DNA from: Rhynchobatus australiae | Lineage: Eukaryota | Reading direction: 5' to 3' | DNA length: 64,000 nucleotides | Assembly: GCA_034780895.1 (NCBI GenBank) | Contig: JAUZTB010000042.1 | Location: 37,719,992 to 37,783,991, forward strand | Part shown: piece after piece, positions 27,201 to 39,200 of the stretch | Layout of the letters: every line of letters starts with the position of its first letter | How positions within the stretch are numbered: the first letter of the stretch is position 1 | Made by a program: the position numbers and the translations under genes | Notes under the pieces: generated by a model | Told to the model about the DNA's origin: nothing | Seen by the model: only the letters and a program-made list of their open reading frames with translations | The model's database searches: none

Positions 27201-30200
27201 GTTTCAAACAAGGGGACATTGTTACAGGAGTATGGTCATTAAAGCTTGAGGTGCACAGGAAATTCTTCTTGCAGAGGGAGGCAAATTTTTGGAATTCTGT
27301 ACATTAGATGGTTGTAGAGACTAGATGATTGGAGTATTTAAAAAGAGGTAGATAAATGTTTGAAGAGGTCAGGGAATTCAGAGCTATGGGGAACTGGCAC
27401 AGAAGATAAGTTGAAGCCTGGGGCAGATCAGCCATGAACATATTGATTGGTGGGGTAGGTTTCAGGGTGGCCTACTCCAACTCTTATTTTCCTGTATTCT
27501 TGTGTCTTGGATTTGCAATATGGTACTGGCAATACAATGCAGAAATGGTGATTCCCTGTAAAACCATAGAAACACATTGTAAACTGAAACCTGTGTATGC
27601 ACTTATAATAGACTCTTTGTGAAGAATTAAACCTGAATATCCAGTCTGAATTTGGACGCTAACCCAACTATTTAAACTTCAGCCTGTTTGTATGAACTGT
27701 CAGCACATTCAAACAGCTTTCATGCAGTTTTGCCTCAGGATGCTCAGATCAGAACTGTAAATGACTTAAGACTACCTCTGAACCGCAAAAGCCCAAAACA
27801 GTGAGGATAGTTGCTATCTCTACCAGCTTTACTATTCTACATATTAGTTTAGCTGGGCATGAACATTTGCAGATATTCATTTAAAATGGTACTGATTTCT
27901 GCTTTGACATGTTCCAGGTCTAAGTCTGCCAGCAGTGGCACTCAAGGATCACAGATTCTCTCACTGTGCATTAGCATGGAATCATTAGCTCTAACTTACT
28001 CAAACTTGCCAGAATTGTTACAGCTGACAGCCAAGATGAACCAATTTCACCGAGTCTTCCCAGCTTTATTAGAGTCATAGAGCAATACAGCATGGATACA
28101 GGCCCTTTGGCCTAACCAGTCCATGCCAACCACGTTGTCCATCCAGCTAGGCCCAATTTCCTGTGTTCAGTCATATCCCTAAGCCCTGCCCCTCCATGTA
28201 CCTATCCAAGTGCTTCTTAAATGATACTACTGTACTTGCCTCAACAACTTCCTCTGGCAGCTCATTCCATATACCCACCACCGTGTGAAAAAATTGCAGC
28301 TCAAGTCCCTTTTAAATCTTTCCCTTCTCACTTTAAATCTATGCCCCCTAGTTTTGGATTCCCCTACCCTAGGGAAAAGACCTACCATCCACCTTATCTA
28401 TGCCACTCATGATTTTATAAACCTTTAGATCACCACTCATTCTCTCATGCTCCAAGGAATAAAGACCTAGCCTCTCCGNNNNNNNNNNNNNNNNNNNNNN
28501 NNNNNNNNNNNNNNNNNNNNNNNNNNNNNNNNNNNNNNNNNNNNNNNNNNNNNNNNNNNNNNNNNNNNNNNNNNNNNNTTACTGAGATGCTCCATTCCAC
28601 CAACATCCTGATGAATGTCCTCTGCATCCTATCCAGTGCAATCGCCTGCTTCCTATCATGCAGCAACCAGAACTGTACACAATACTCCAGTATCTAATGT
28701 TTTACTTACTTGGTGAATCTTTGGAATTCCCTGTCAGGAGAGAGAAGAGCATCTAGTTGCTGAATGTATTCAATATGGAGATCCATCAATTTCTGGATAC
28801 CAAAAGAATTGAGAAACATGGGTCCTTTATTTAAATCTGCTTTCCCTTCTTCTGTCTCTCTGCATGACTTCCCACCCCACTGCCCTTTTAGTTTAAACCC
28901 TCCCTACAGCATTTGTAAACACTGCCTCTCAGACATTAGTCCAGGTCTGCCCATCCAGCTTGGACTGGTCCCATTTCCTTCCTGCCTTTGCAATCTTTAC
29001 CAGATCCCCAAAACATACTGTCTATGTACATCTCAGCATCAGGGATGCTCCACTGCAACTGCAGCATCAGCTGCAGTTGGATAGACTTCCTGCACAAATG
29101 GTCACCAGGGACAATGGAAGTGTCCCAGATTTCCCAAATAGGGCAAGATGAGCCACAACTCTGAGATCCCCTAACATGACTTACTTGTTACTTTAAATTA
29201 AAGCCTACTAATTACACTAGGGCTTCATTTCACTCTCAACATTCCTGCCTGCATACAAAGCATCTTTTAAACTTTCTGATCCTCTGTTCTTGTTCCCTTT
29301 AAATTCCTGGGCTTCTGTTGCCACTCCTTTTAAACCTTTAGGGCCTTTGTGCTTGCCCCGTTTAAACTCTCCAAGCATCTGTTCCTGAGATTTTTAAACT
29401 CAGCAAGGCACTTTTCCCATTCCTTTTAAACTCACTGAGCTTCTTTTCTTGTTCCTTTGAAATTGACTGGGCATCTGTTCCGCTTATATTCAAACTCTCT
29501 GAGCCTCTGCTCTTTTTAAATTTTTTTTAAATTTTATTTTTTTAAACTTTATTTACAGCGTGGTAACAGGCCCTTCGGCCCAACGAGTCCATGCCGCCCA
29601 TTTTAAAACCCAAATGAACCTACCCATACATCTTTGGAATGTGGGAGGAAACCGGAGCACCCGGGGGAAACCCACGCAGACACAGGAGAACGTACAAACT
29701 CCTTACAGGCAGTGGCAGGAATTGAACCCGGGTCGCTGGTGCTGTGTACACTACCGTGCCGCCCACGTGTCTTAACTTGAGTTAAGACTCAGTGAACAAT
29801 GGACATTTAGGCAATACACTGGAGGGGAGTTACTTTTGTGATTGATAATGCCATACAAGGAAATTAGTGATTTTGGGGGGTGGGGGAAGGGAGGAGGAAT
29901 GTAGATTCATTCCAAAGCCATTACAAGGTTAACATGAAATCATAGGTACACTAATGCAAATACAACTTTTAATTTCTTCCCCCAACCCCACCTAGTATTA
30001 GCATATTTTGCATTTTGTCTCTCTTGGATAAGCCTCCATCATGATGAACCGACAATACCACTTCACAGCTCACTTCTGGGAGGTCTACATCAGCTGACAT
30101 TGAACTTCTACTTATAATCCGCCTCCTTGCAATAGAATTGCTTGGTAGGGATTAAAAGGAACTCAGTGCACTGAATAAGTCAAACTGGCACACTTGGTAC

Positions 30201-33200
30201 AGCACAGTGTACCAATAAACATGAAATATTTCATGGCACATCATTTCTTTAAAATGTCATGTCTCATCTACAAATTGAGAAACCATTAGATTACAACACT
30301 CCAGTCCATGAGCAAAAAGAGTTTTTGAATTAAAATTCCAGTACCATGATTTGATTTCTGGAAATAAACCACGCTCAGGAGGATACATTTATACCAATGA
30401 TAACTTTGTGCAACTGATTTTTTTGTACCACCTGAATGAAACAAACATGTTTCCTCAGCCTTCTTTGACCCATCACCCAGTGGCGAATGCATTACAAACA
30501 AGTTCAGTTTTCTCAGACGTCACTGATTGAGGTGAATGGAATAGTTTGCCTAACTTTGGGGGAAAGCAATGCTTTGAATCATCTTGTATAAGATCTAAAG
30601 ACCATCCAGAAGGAATTCCAAATACTTTGGATTTAGATACCGCAAATATACCAGATCAAATACATTTTCACACTTGGAATGTGTGAAATTCTGTATCTTG
30701 ATAGTGGCCATCTCAGATTTGTACTGTTAAGCCTACTATCCATTGTGTTGATCTTCAGACAAGAGGGGAACAATAGAAAAAGTACTTTTTTCCCGTTATC
30801 TTAGAACCTCTAGTGCCAGATGTATGCTCCAATTACACTGATAGATTTTACAGATCAGTAATTTGCAAAAGGAAACTATTTTAAGCTCAAGAAAATTACA
30901 TTTTTAATTTTTGGGGACTGAACCTGGATCCAAGTATAGCAATGGTCAACATGTTCCATTAAAAGATAACCACAATGTAAATCTGCAAAGACAAAGTGAG
31001 CACTCAGTCTACAACAAAAAGGAAAAACTGCCCCAAATCACTCACCTATACAACTGTTCTAGAGCTACCTATAAACTTGAAAGAAAAAAAATCAATTCAG
31101 ATAGTTCATGGTACTTCTAGACTTAATAATTTGTCTTCCAAGGATGCAATATGAAGTGGTTGATTTTAATTATGATAGAACATGCCAAACTAAACTTTCA
31201 ATAAATCATCTCCAATGAGAACATTATTGGTAGCTGATGTTTTAAATACTGTCACTATTGAACACCTTTACACCACAGGCTAAATAATACTGACACTATT
31301 TCCAACTCTATGTTTAAACTATTTTTCGATTTGTTGTTAACACCAAGGGAGAAATATTTCATATGTTATAACAAATATAGAATTGTACAAAATTACAAAT
31401 ATACCAAGTTGCAATTTTTAAGCACTGGTCAACCTTATGCCATCAAAAGTCCTTCAAAAGACTTCTGCTAAATAAAAGTTTTAAAAATATAACAAGTATC
31501 CCATCGCTTAATGCAGGCTTCATTCTGGGTCACTGCCCAAGCCACAGATAGCATTACTCCAGTTTCTTTAAACCATTTGTTTATCTCAATTTTCCAAGTC
31601 TCAGATCAATAAACAGTCATCAATCTCCTGACATATTCAGTTTGAACATTCTTCCCTTCCTTCCTCACATTTCTACAAGTAATCACCTCATTTTATTATG
31701 ACCCAGATGTGTTAACATACGTCAAAGTTGCATGCACCACAAGGTAAAGCTGCATACTGTTATAGAGCCATTTGGTGTTATTCTCAAAGTTTTATCATTT
31801 GTTCGTAATTGAGTTTTACATTTTAAATCCCAATTGGCTTAAAGTAATGTTGTCTTTCAAGAAAGTCAAAAGAGGATCTAAAAACTCCCTTAGCAAAACC
31901 AAATGTATTCAGTTTTATGCAGTCACACACAACTCATGATCAGGAACAATAAAGTAAATGTGCCGGGTCTGCTCTGCAAGAAACCAGCAAGTTTCAATGA
32001 TGTTCACTATGCATAAAATAAGGAGCTAGCTGCATCAAAAATCTCATAGTGTTTGATATCCAACATGTATAAATGTTGGAAGCATACTTTGAAAATCATA
32101 CTGTCCTGCTGCCAGAATGCTACAAAGAGCAAGTGATAATCAGGTAAATTTTAGTAATTTATTGATAATAAATTTTATTCCAAGAAGTTTGTATAAAATT
32201 GAGGCAGATATCTCAAATAGTCTGCTCTTCTCCTTTACTATTGGAAAACCCACATTCATATCATGTGTCACTTAGCTCTTACTCAAGCAGCACTGCAGAC
32301 ACACTGGCTACACTAACTGACCTGGGTCCAGTAAAAACAAACCCCAATNNNNNNNNNNNNNNNNNNNNNNNNNNNNNNNNNNNNNNNNNNNNNNNNNNNN
32401 NNNNNNNNNNNNNNNNNNNNNNNNNNNNNNNNNNNNNNNNNNNNNNNNNNNNNNNNNNNNNNNNNNNNNNNNNNNNNNNNNNNNNNNNNNNNNNNNNNNN
32501 NNNNNNNNNNNNNNNNNNNNNNNNNNNNNNNNNNNNNNNNNNNNNNNNNNNNNNNNNNNNNNNNNNNNNNNNNNNNNNNNNNNNNNNNNNNNNNNNNNNN
32601 NNNCCCATGTTTATCTGGTAACATTCAGTACTAATTCAAAAAATTTATTTCATCTTATGCCTCAGAGTCTTCAAAGTGTAGAATGACTGTTTTTCATTAA
32701 AGACACGAAGGAATAAAAGATTTCATATTATGGTTTACAAATGTGTGTTCCTTCTCCAATAGGAAATGCCACACATGCAGTGTAGGATGTGCCAAAGTTG
32801 AAAATAAAGATGCAATTACACGAAGTACAGCTTCAAAATCCTTCAACGGGAATACACACGACTACACATTACAGCAAAAACTGCTACTTTTCCCTTGTCC
32901 CAGGCAATTGAAAGTCTCAAAGGCAAGCAAATTCCTTTGTTTGGAAAACTCGGCTAGGTTTCTATCAGTATCAATGAAAATACTACCCAGCCGATTCGGC
33001 AACTCCAGGAAAGATGGAAACACCAATACTTTTCCAAAATGAAAGACAATGTCTAAGATGAGCCTTATTTGTTTATACCAAAACTTGTGCAAAGGCTGTG
33101 GACAATATAGATTCAAAAAGAGATTGCCTTAGTTTCCTTTTCAAACATGTACAAAGACAGCTTACTTTGTACACGGGCTAAAGACCAATCCACTAGTTTT

Positions 33201-36200
33201 ATGGTCTGTTAAACATTTGTGGTGAAACAACCTTCACCCGCCATTGATTTAATTCAGGCATTGTGGTGTGGGGTCTTCTTGTATACTCACCTCTTACATC
33301 ACTTTCTCATAGAAAACTTTTTCAATATTCTATTCTTCTGTATGAAATGTTCAACATTGAAGATTTAGGTAGAAATGGATGCATATTCAGAGTCCTCACT
33401 GGAAAATTCTGAAGCTGAAAGACAGGGATCTAGGACCCACTGCTTTCCCTAGCTTAACAACAGCCTTCTATACTTACACATGATGACTGGCAAACACAGC
33501 CTAAAAATGCAGGATACACTTAGCTTTGGTGGACTTGCAGGACAAAATTTTTTTTTAGAACTATAGGTCACTCAAGATCTACACAAACAACAGTGCAAGT
33601 TACAGTAATTAGAATCAGAGTTGTACAGCACAGAATGGGCCCTTCAGCCCAGCATGTCAATTCCGACTGTTATGCCCAAATGTCAGGTATGACTTTCTGA
33701 TGGCACACTTGAATTCAAGGCAGAGCATGAAAGTCCTCATTTTAGAGTANNNNNNNNNNNNNNNNNNNNNNNNNNNNNNNNNNNNNNNNNNNNNNNNNNN
33801 NNNNNNNNNNNNNNNNNNNNNNNNNNNNNNNNNNNNNNNNNNNNNNNNNNNNNNNNNNNNNNNNNNNNNNNNNNNNNNNNNNNNNNNNNNNNNNNNNNNN
33901 NNNNNNNNNNNNNNNNNNNNNNNNNNNNNNNNNNNNNNNNNNNNNNNNNNNNNNNNNNNNNNNNNNNCTGTGCACAAATTTTCTGCCACATTTACTGTTG
34001 CAGCAGTGACTAAACTTAGGACGTCATTCTTTATGCTGCTGAATACTGCGAGTGAAATTTTTTTGGCACTGTTTGAAAGTGAGAATACTGATGGCATATT
34101 TTGCCACAGTGTAAATAAAAGTTTAGAGTCAGAATTGTACAGCAATGGAAACGGGCTATTCAGCCCAAATCATCCACGCTAATCAGTGGGAACTCGTGTT
34201 AATCCCATCTCCCAGCACATGGTCCATAGCCTTATGTGCCTAAGTAGTTCAAGTGCTTATCTAGACACTCCTTAAATGGAATCAGTGACCCAGCTTCAAA
34301 CACTCTGTGGATGAAGGTCCCCCTCATATACCCTCCAAATCTCTTCCCTTTTGCCCTGTATCTATATCCTCTAGTATGGAGCAGAGTTTCCTGCAGTCTA
34401 CCCCATTTCTACTCCTCAATTTTATATTCCTCAAGCATGTCCTTTCTTAACCTTCTCTTCCAGGGAGATCACACACATTTTTTCTGGCCTCTGTTCACAA
34501 CTGAATTGCTCCATCCCAGCCAACAACCTCATGAACCTTCTCTGCACTCTCCAGCATCATCACATCCTTCTTATAGCATGGCAACCAGAACTGCATGAAG
34601 TACTCCAGCCAAGATTTGACCAAGGTTTTATAAATTTGCAGCATGACCTCCCCAATTCCATACTCAATGCCCCTAGATAATTAAGGCCAGCATCCAAAGT
34701 TCCTTCATAACTATGTTACCTATATGTGTTGCCACCTTCAAGGATCTATGAACTTTTACTCCAAGGTCCCTCCATTTCTCAAGACTTTAAGACCTTGGTG
34801 TATATTCAAGCCTCATTAGTACAGTACTCCCAAAGTACACAACCACACACTTGCCTGGATTAAATGCCACCTGCCATTTTACAGCCCATTTCACAAATGC
34901 AACTCTGCAACCTAAGATTATCTTCCACATTATCAAATCTGCCAGTCTGTTATCTGTGAATTTACTGATCACACCTCCCACATCCAAGTCATTCACATAT
35001 TACAAACCTGCACTGATCCATGTGAGAAACCACTCGTCACACATATCCAGTCACAAGAACCCTTTACCATCACACTCTCTCCTATTGTTAAGCCAATTTT
35101 GGACCTGAATGTGTTTTTCTCCTGATGTTTTTTTGAAACCTTGTATTAGCCATTAAGGGAGCTAAGATGACTTAACAAATAAGGCAATAAAGAGTTAACT
35201 TAGACTGTACATGTACATTTCCTAAATTACAAACCAGTAGCACACATACACCTTCACTTCACAAGTATACTCTGGGAGCTTATGATTCAAAACTATTTGT
35301 TCAACACAGAAACTGAAGAAATTATTGCTTTTAATAGCAGCATTAATCAGGCTCTATATTTTGAGGCAAAATACAGGTGTTGTGAACATTGATAATGAAA
35401 TCAATTTCAAAAATTAGGGCACTTCAGGGAACTGGAGTGACATTTCTTCAACTGACATTCATGAAGTGAAACTTAAAGACCAACTCAGAGTTTTAAAGTT
35501 TAAAAATGTATCTGAAACAACCAATGATACCAATGGACAGCCTAGCTTTGAATAGTTATTTTTTCTTATCAGAATTTGTTGCAAACTGCAGAAATTAGTC
35601 CCTGCAGGTATCTGGCGAGTAAGTCAGCAGGTAGAATTGTTCTGCAAGAGATGTTCAAACGTATGACAATACTAACTGCAGGGAATCTGTAATTTTGGAA
35701 GGGGGGGGTGTTGGAGAAAGCAACCCCCCCCCCCCTCCTTTAACTGATTCAGACAAGGAACTCAATGAACTAAATACTTTTCATTTTTGACTGTTTTTGT
35801 TGTTATTATTGCAAATGCTGTGTGTAAATTCCAATTTGGAACTTCTGCCTCTGTCAATTCTAGAGGAACAATCAAAAGTAATATTCAAGCATTGTGGCTT
35901 AGCCATACTCCTTTAGTGTTACACATCAGCCACAGTACATAGTGCACACAAACACTGTAATTTAAAAGCCAGTAAATGGATATATTTAGGTTTTGGCCTG
36001 TGAATCCAATTGAAGCAACATCCTAATATTTATATTTCACTTATCCTTGCATTAGCTCGTGCATACCCAATGCAAGTCTGGCTGGCCCTGTGCATACCCA
36101 ACACAAATGAGAGTCAATGCTTTAGAAAGACAACTTCAGCTAAAAACACTTGTATTTATGTAGCACTTCACATATTATTGCTTCAAGGACAGTACCATCA

Positions 36201-39200
36201 CATAGGCACATGTAGCAAGCATTCTTTACTGTCAAACTCCTCCTAGACAGGTGGTGATTGACCAGATCTGTTTTTGGTCAAAATAAATGGAATACCAGAA
36301 AACTGCTTTTACCAATGCACAGCATTGTTTTCTCAGCTGAACAAGAACGGGGACTAACACTGTTGAACATCCCATCCAAAGAGTGGCATCATTGACATCA
36401 CTCAGGCCTGCACAAGTTTATTGTTTAGATTATGAAATTTAACTATACCACAGGCCAATTTCCATGATCTTCTCACTCAGATGCTACAATGCCAGCAAAT
36501 AAGCCAAGCCACCACTGTCCTAGAGTGGAAGAATTCTGATCTAGTTTTCCTGAATTGTTCAGTAACTGTGGCAATTCAGGACACCAGAATAAAACATGAA
36601 TACATCATAACAGAATACATATACTTGTGCTTATAGTATTTCAAAAAGTTACAAAGCCCTGAATTAAAAAATATAAAAATTATCACTTACAGCGAAAGAA
36701 GAGTAATGTTTGCAGCTATAATTCCAAAGCTTGGTATTGTAGTCAGTTCATTGTGAGTTATTTTTCTGAAAGTCAATNNNNNNNNNNNNNNNNNNNNNNN
36801 NNNNNNNNNNNNNNNNNNNNNNNNNNNNNNNNNNNNNTGACTTACACTTCCTGTAAACTGTGTAGATGGTTAAACAAGCTGCCATTGATAGAAGTAATTC
36901 TATTGTGACTCAAGTCCCTGGAAAATATATTACATATTAAAGTGAATTTCCATTTCAGAGTACACAATTTACAACATAATTTGATAAAATCCACCTTTAA
37001 TTTCTCATGTTGAGGGTTGTGGGGAAGTTATCCATAAATTTGCAACCATTACACATTGGGTTTTCAACCAACTAAACTAGTAACCTTGCTTTAGTGTACA
37101 AAAATTGGCTCCCCTATAGCATATTAGGTAAAACATACTTACTGGTATAATTTTGAGATAGCAAATCAGGAAGGTCACAGATTCAATTCTTGGTATATAC
37201 CACAATTCCTGAGCACATGATTCACGGCTGGTAGAAATGCAATTTCATGCCCTTGGTTTGGACACAAGGCAATTCAGCCAGCTTTCTTACTCTGCTTCTG
37301 AATGATCTGTACAAGAAATACTGACCTGACACATTGACCCAGTAAGCCACTATGCTCCCTTCTTACATTTTCTAAATGCTCAAGATTAAAAATACCATCA
37401 GCTATGACATTTTTTGGGGCAAAATAGTCTGTTGCAGTGTCACTATACAGGCTCACCTGGTGAATAAATATTGAACATTATAGAGCTTCTGGTGTCAGAT
37501 CTACACTGCTACATGTATATAGCATCATCTACAGAAGAGCATGGGAGTCCTTTCTTTTCCCCTAATAAAGCTGTTAGTCCTCAAGCTGGAATTACATAGG
37601 TGCAAATGATGCATTTTTCCAAGCATGTAAGTTATAGTTTTAAGCCAATACGGGACAAAATTTCAAAAATACTGCCAATATCATTTGTTCTGATACAGTC
37701 CTAAATGAGAGAGTATTATAATATTTTAAGTGTTAAGCTCTAGAATTATTCTTGAGAGGAGAGCAGAAAAAATTTCATGTACAACAATGGAATTTCTCAA
37801 TTACCTGAATGTGCTACACTGAACCAGAAGGATATTAACTTCACTAATTTCCCCAACATTGGAAAGCAAACAATCAGACTAAATTTTTACTTGAACCCCT
37901 GTGGTATACAGGAAAGAATTGGATTTCTGGCTTAATATTTTAAGGTAACGTATTACAAAATGATTATTCCAGTTGAAATTAATTCATTATCAGTGGTTGT
38001 GCATAACCAGCTCCTGAACTAAGCAGGCAGGGTACAAAAATCTGTGGATTTTGAATTGCAATCTATACCATGTATTTGAAGCATGTTTGCAAAGAGACCC
38101 ACCAGGCAGCTACAGATATGTGGTCTGTTCTGTTGTAGCTGTAACATGTACAGAGCTGGCAAAAGGTTCTAAACTACAAAATCCTCCAATTACTAAGAGT
38201 GCTGTGCAAGATCATCACACTGGAGCCAGACACTTCCACTTGAGTTTAAACTCTGCCCCATCTGTAGTCTATCAGCAAATATGAAAACAGCATTCAATCC
38301 ATTTCAAGTTGCCCCAGCTTCATACTGTTGAGGGTTACTAAATGTCAAAAAACCAAAATCGAAAATTAGAGACGTTAACAGTACAAGATGACCAGCAGAT
38401 TTCAGAGAACATTGGAAACATGCTCAAGCTCAATTTACTGAACGCTTGCACATAGGATTAAGAGGCAGATATCCTAAATCTGCTTCTTATTGTGGGTCAC
38501 ATTTATCTGGAAGCAGGTTAGCACTTACAACTAAATTTTAACAATACAGTATCAAACAAAATGTTTTTAATTCCAAGATAAATTTCTAGAATTCTGGCTT
38601 TAAAAACTCTCAAAATGCACTATTTTCCCCCAAAGATCAATCTTTTACCACCTTTTTTTGTACTGGATTTTAGAAAGCTCAGACACAAAAGTCTGGAAGC
38701 AACATAGGTGCAAGTCTCTACTAGAAGAACAGCTTGTTTTAGTAAAGGATTATTTTCAACTAAGGAATTTTCTACATATGGCAACTTGCCCTTAAAGTGG
38801 TGTGTCCCAATTGACATAAATTTCTTTACACATTCAAGGTCCAATCTCAAGACGGCCACCATTTATGGAATTAGATTCCACATACAGCTGTTTTGACCAA
38901 AGAAGCTAAATTTCTATTTCTCACCTTTTTGCCTAAACTTTTGGCTGAACTAATATGAAGTTTAAATGATATTCAAAAAAGTTTTAATATCCATGTTTTA
39001 GGACTGCTGTTAATACTAAAATCGGGGGGGGGGGGGAGGGGGGGGAAAACACATTTAGTAAACAAAGCTCACTGATATGAAGTGGCTTAATCTGTAATTT
39101 CACTGTGGGAAATGAAAGACAATTTTGTCAAGGCAGATTTTATTTCTCACCTACATTTGTTTAACTGGTCTCACCATAGCTGCGATGAATGCAAAACAAT

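Noticed and set aside
29255-29520. Regularly spaced 32-bp units as a CRISPR-like array
   Set aside because: The whole unit is a degenerate tandem repeat with no unique spacers. There are no cas genes and the context is vertebrate intron.
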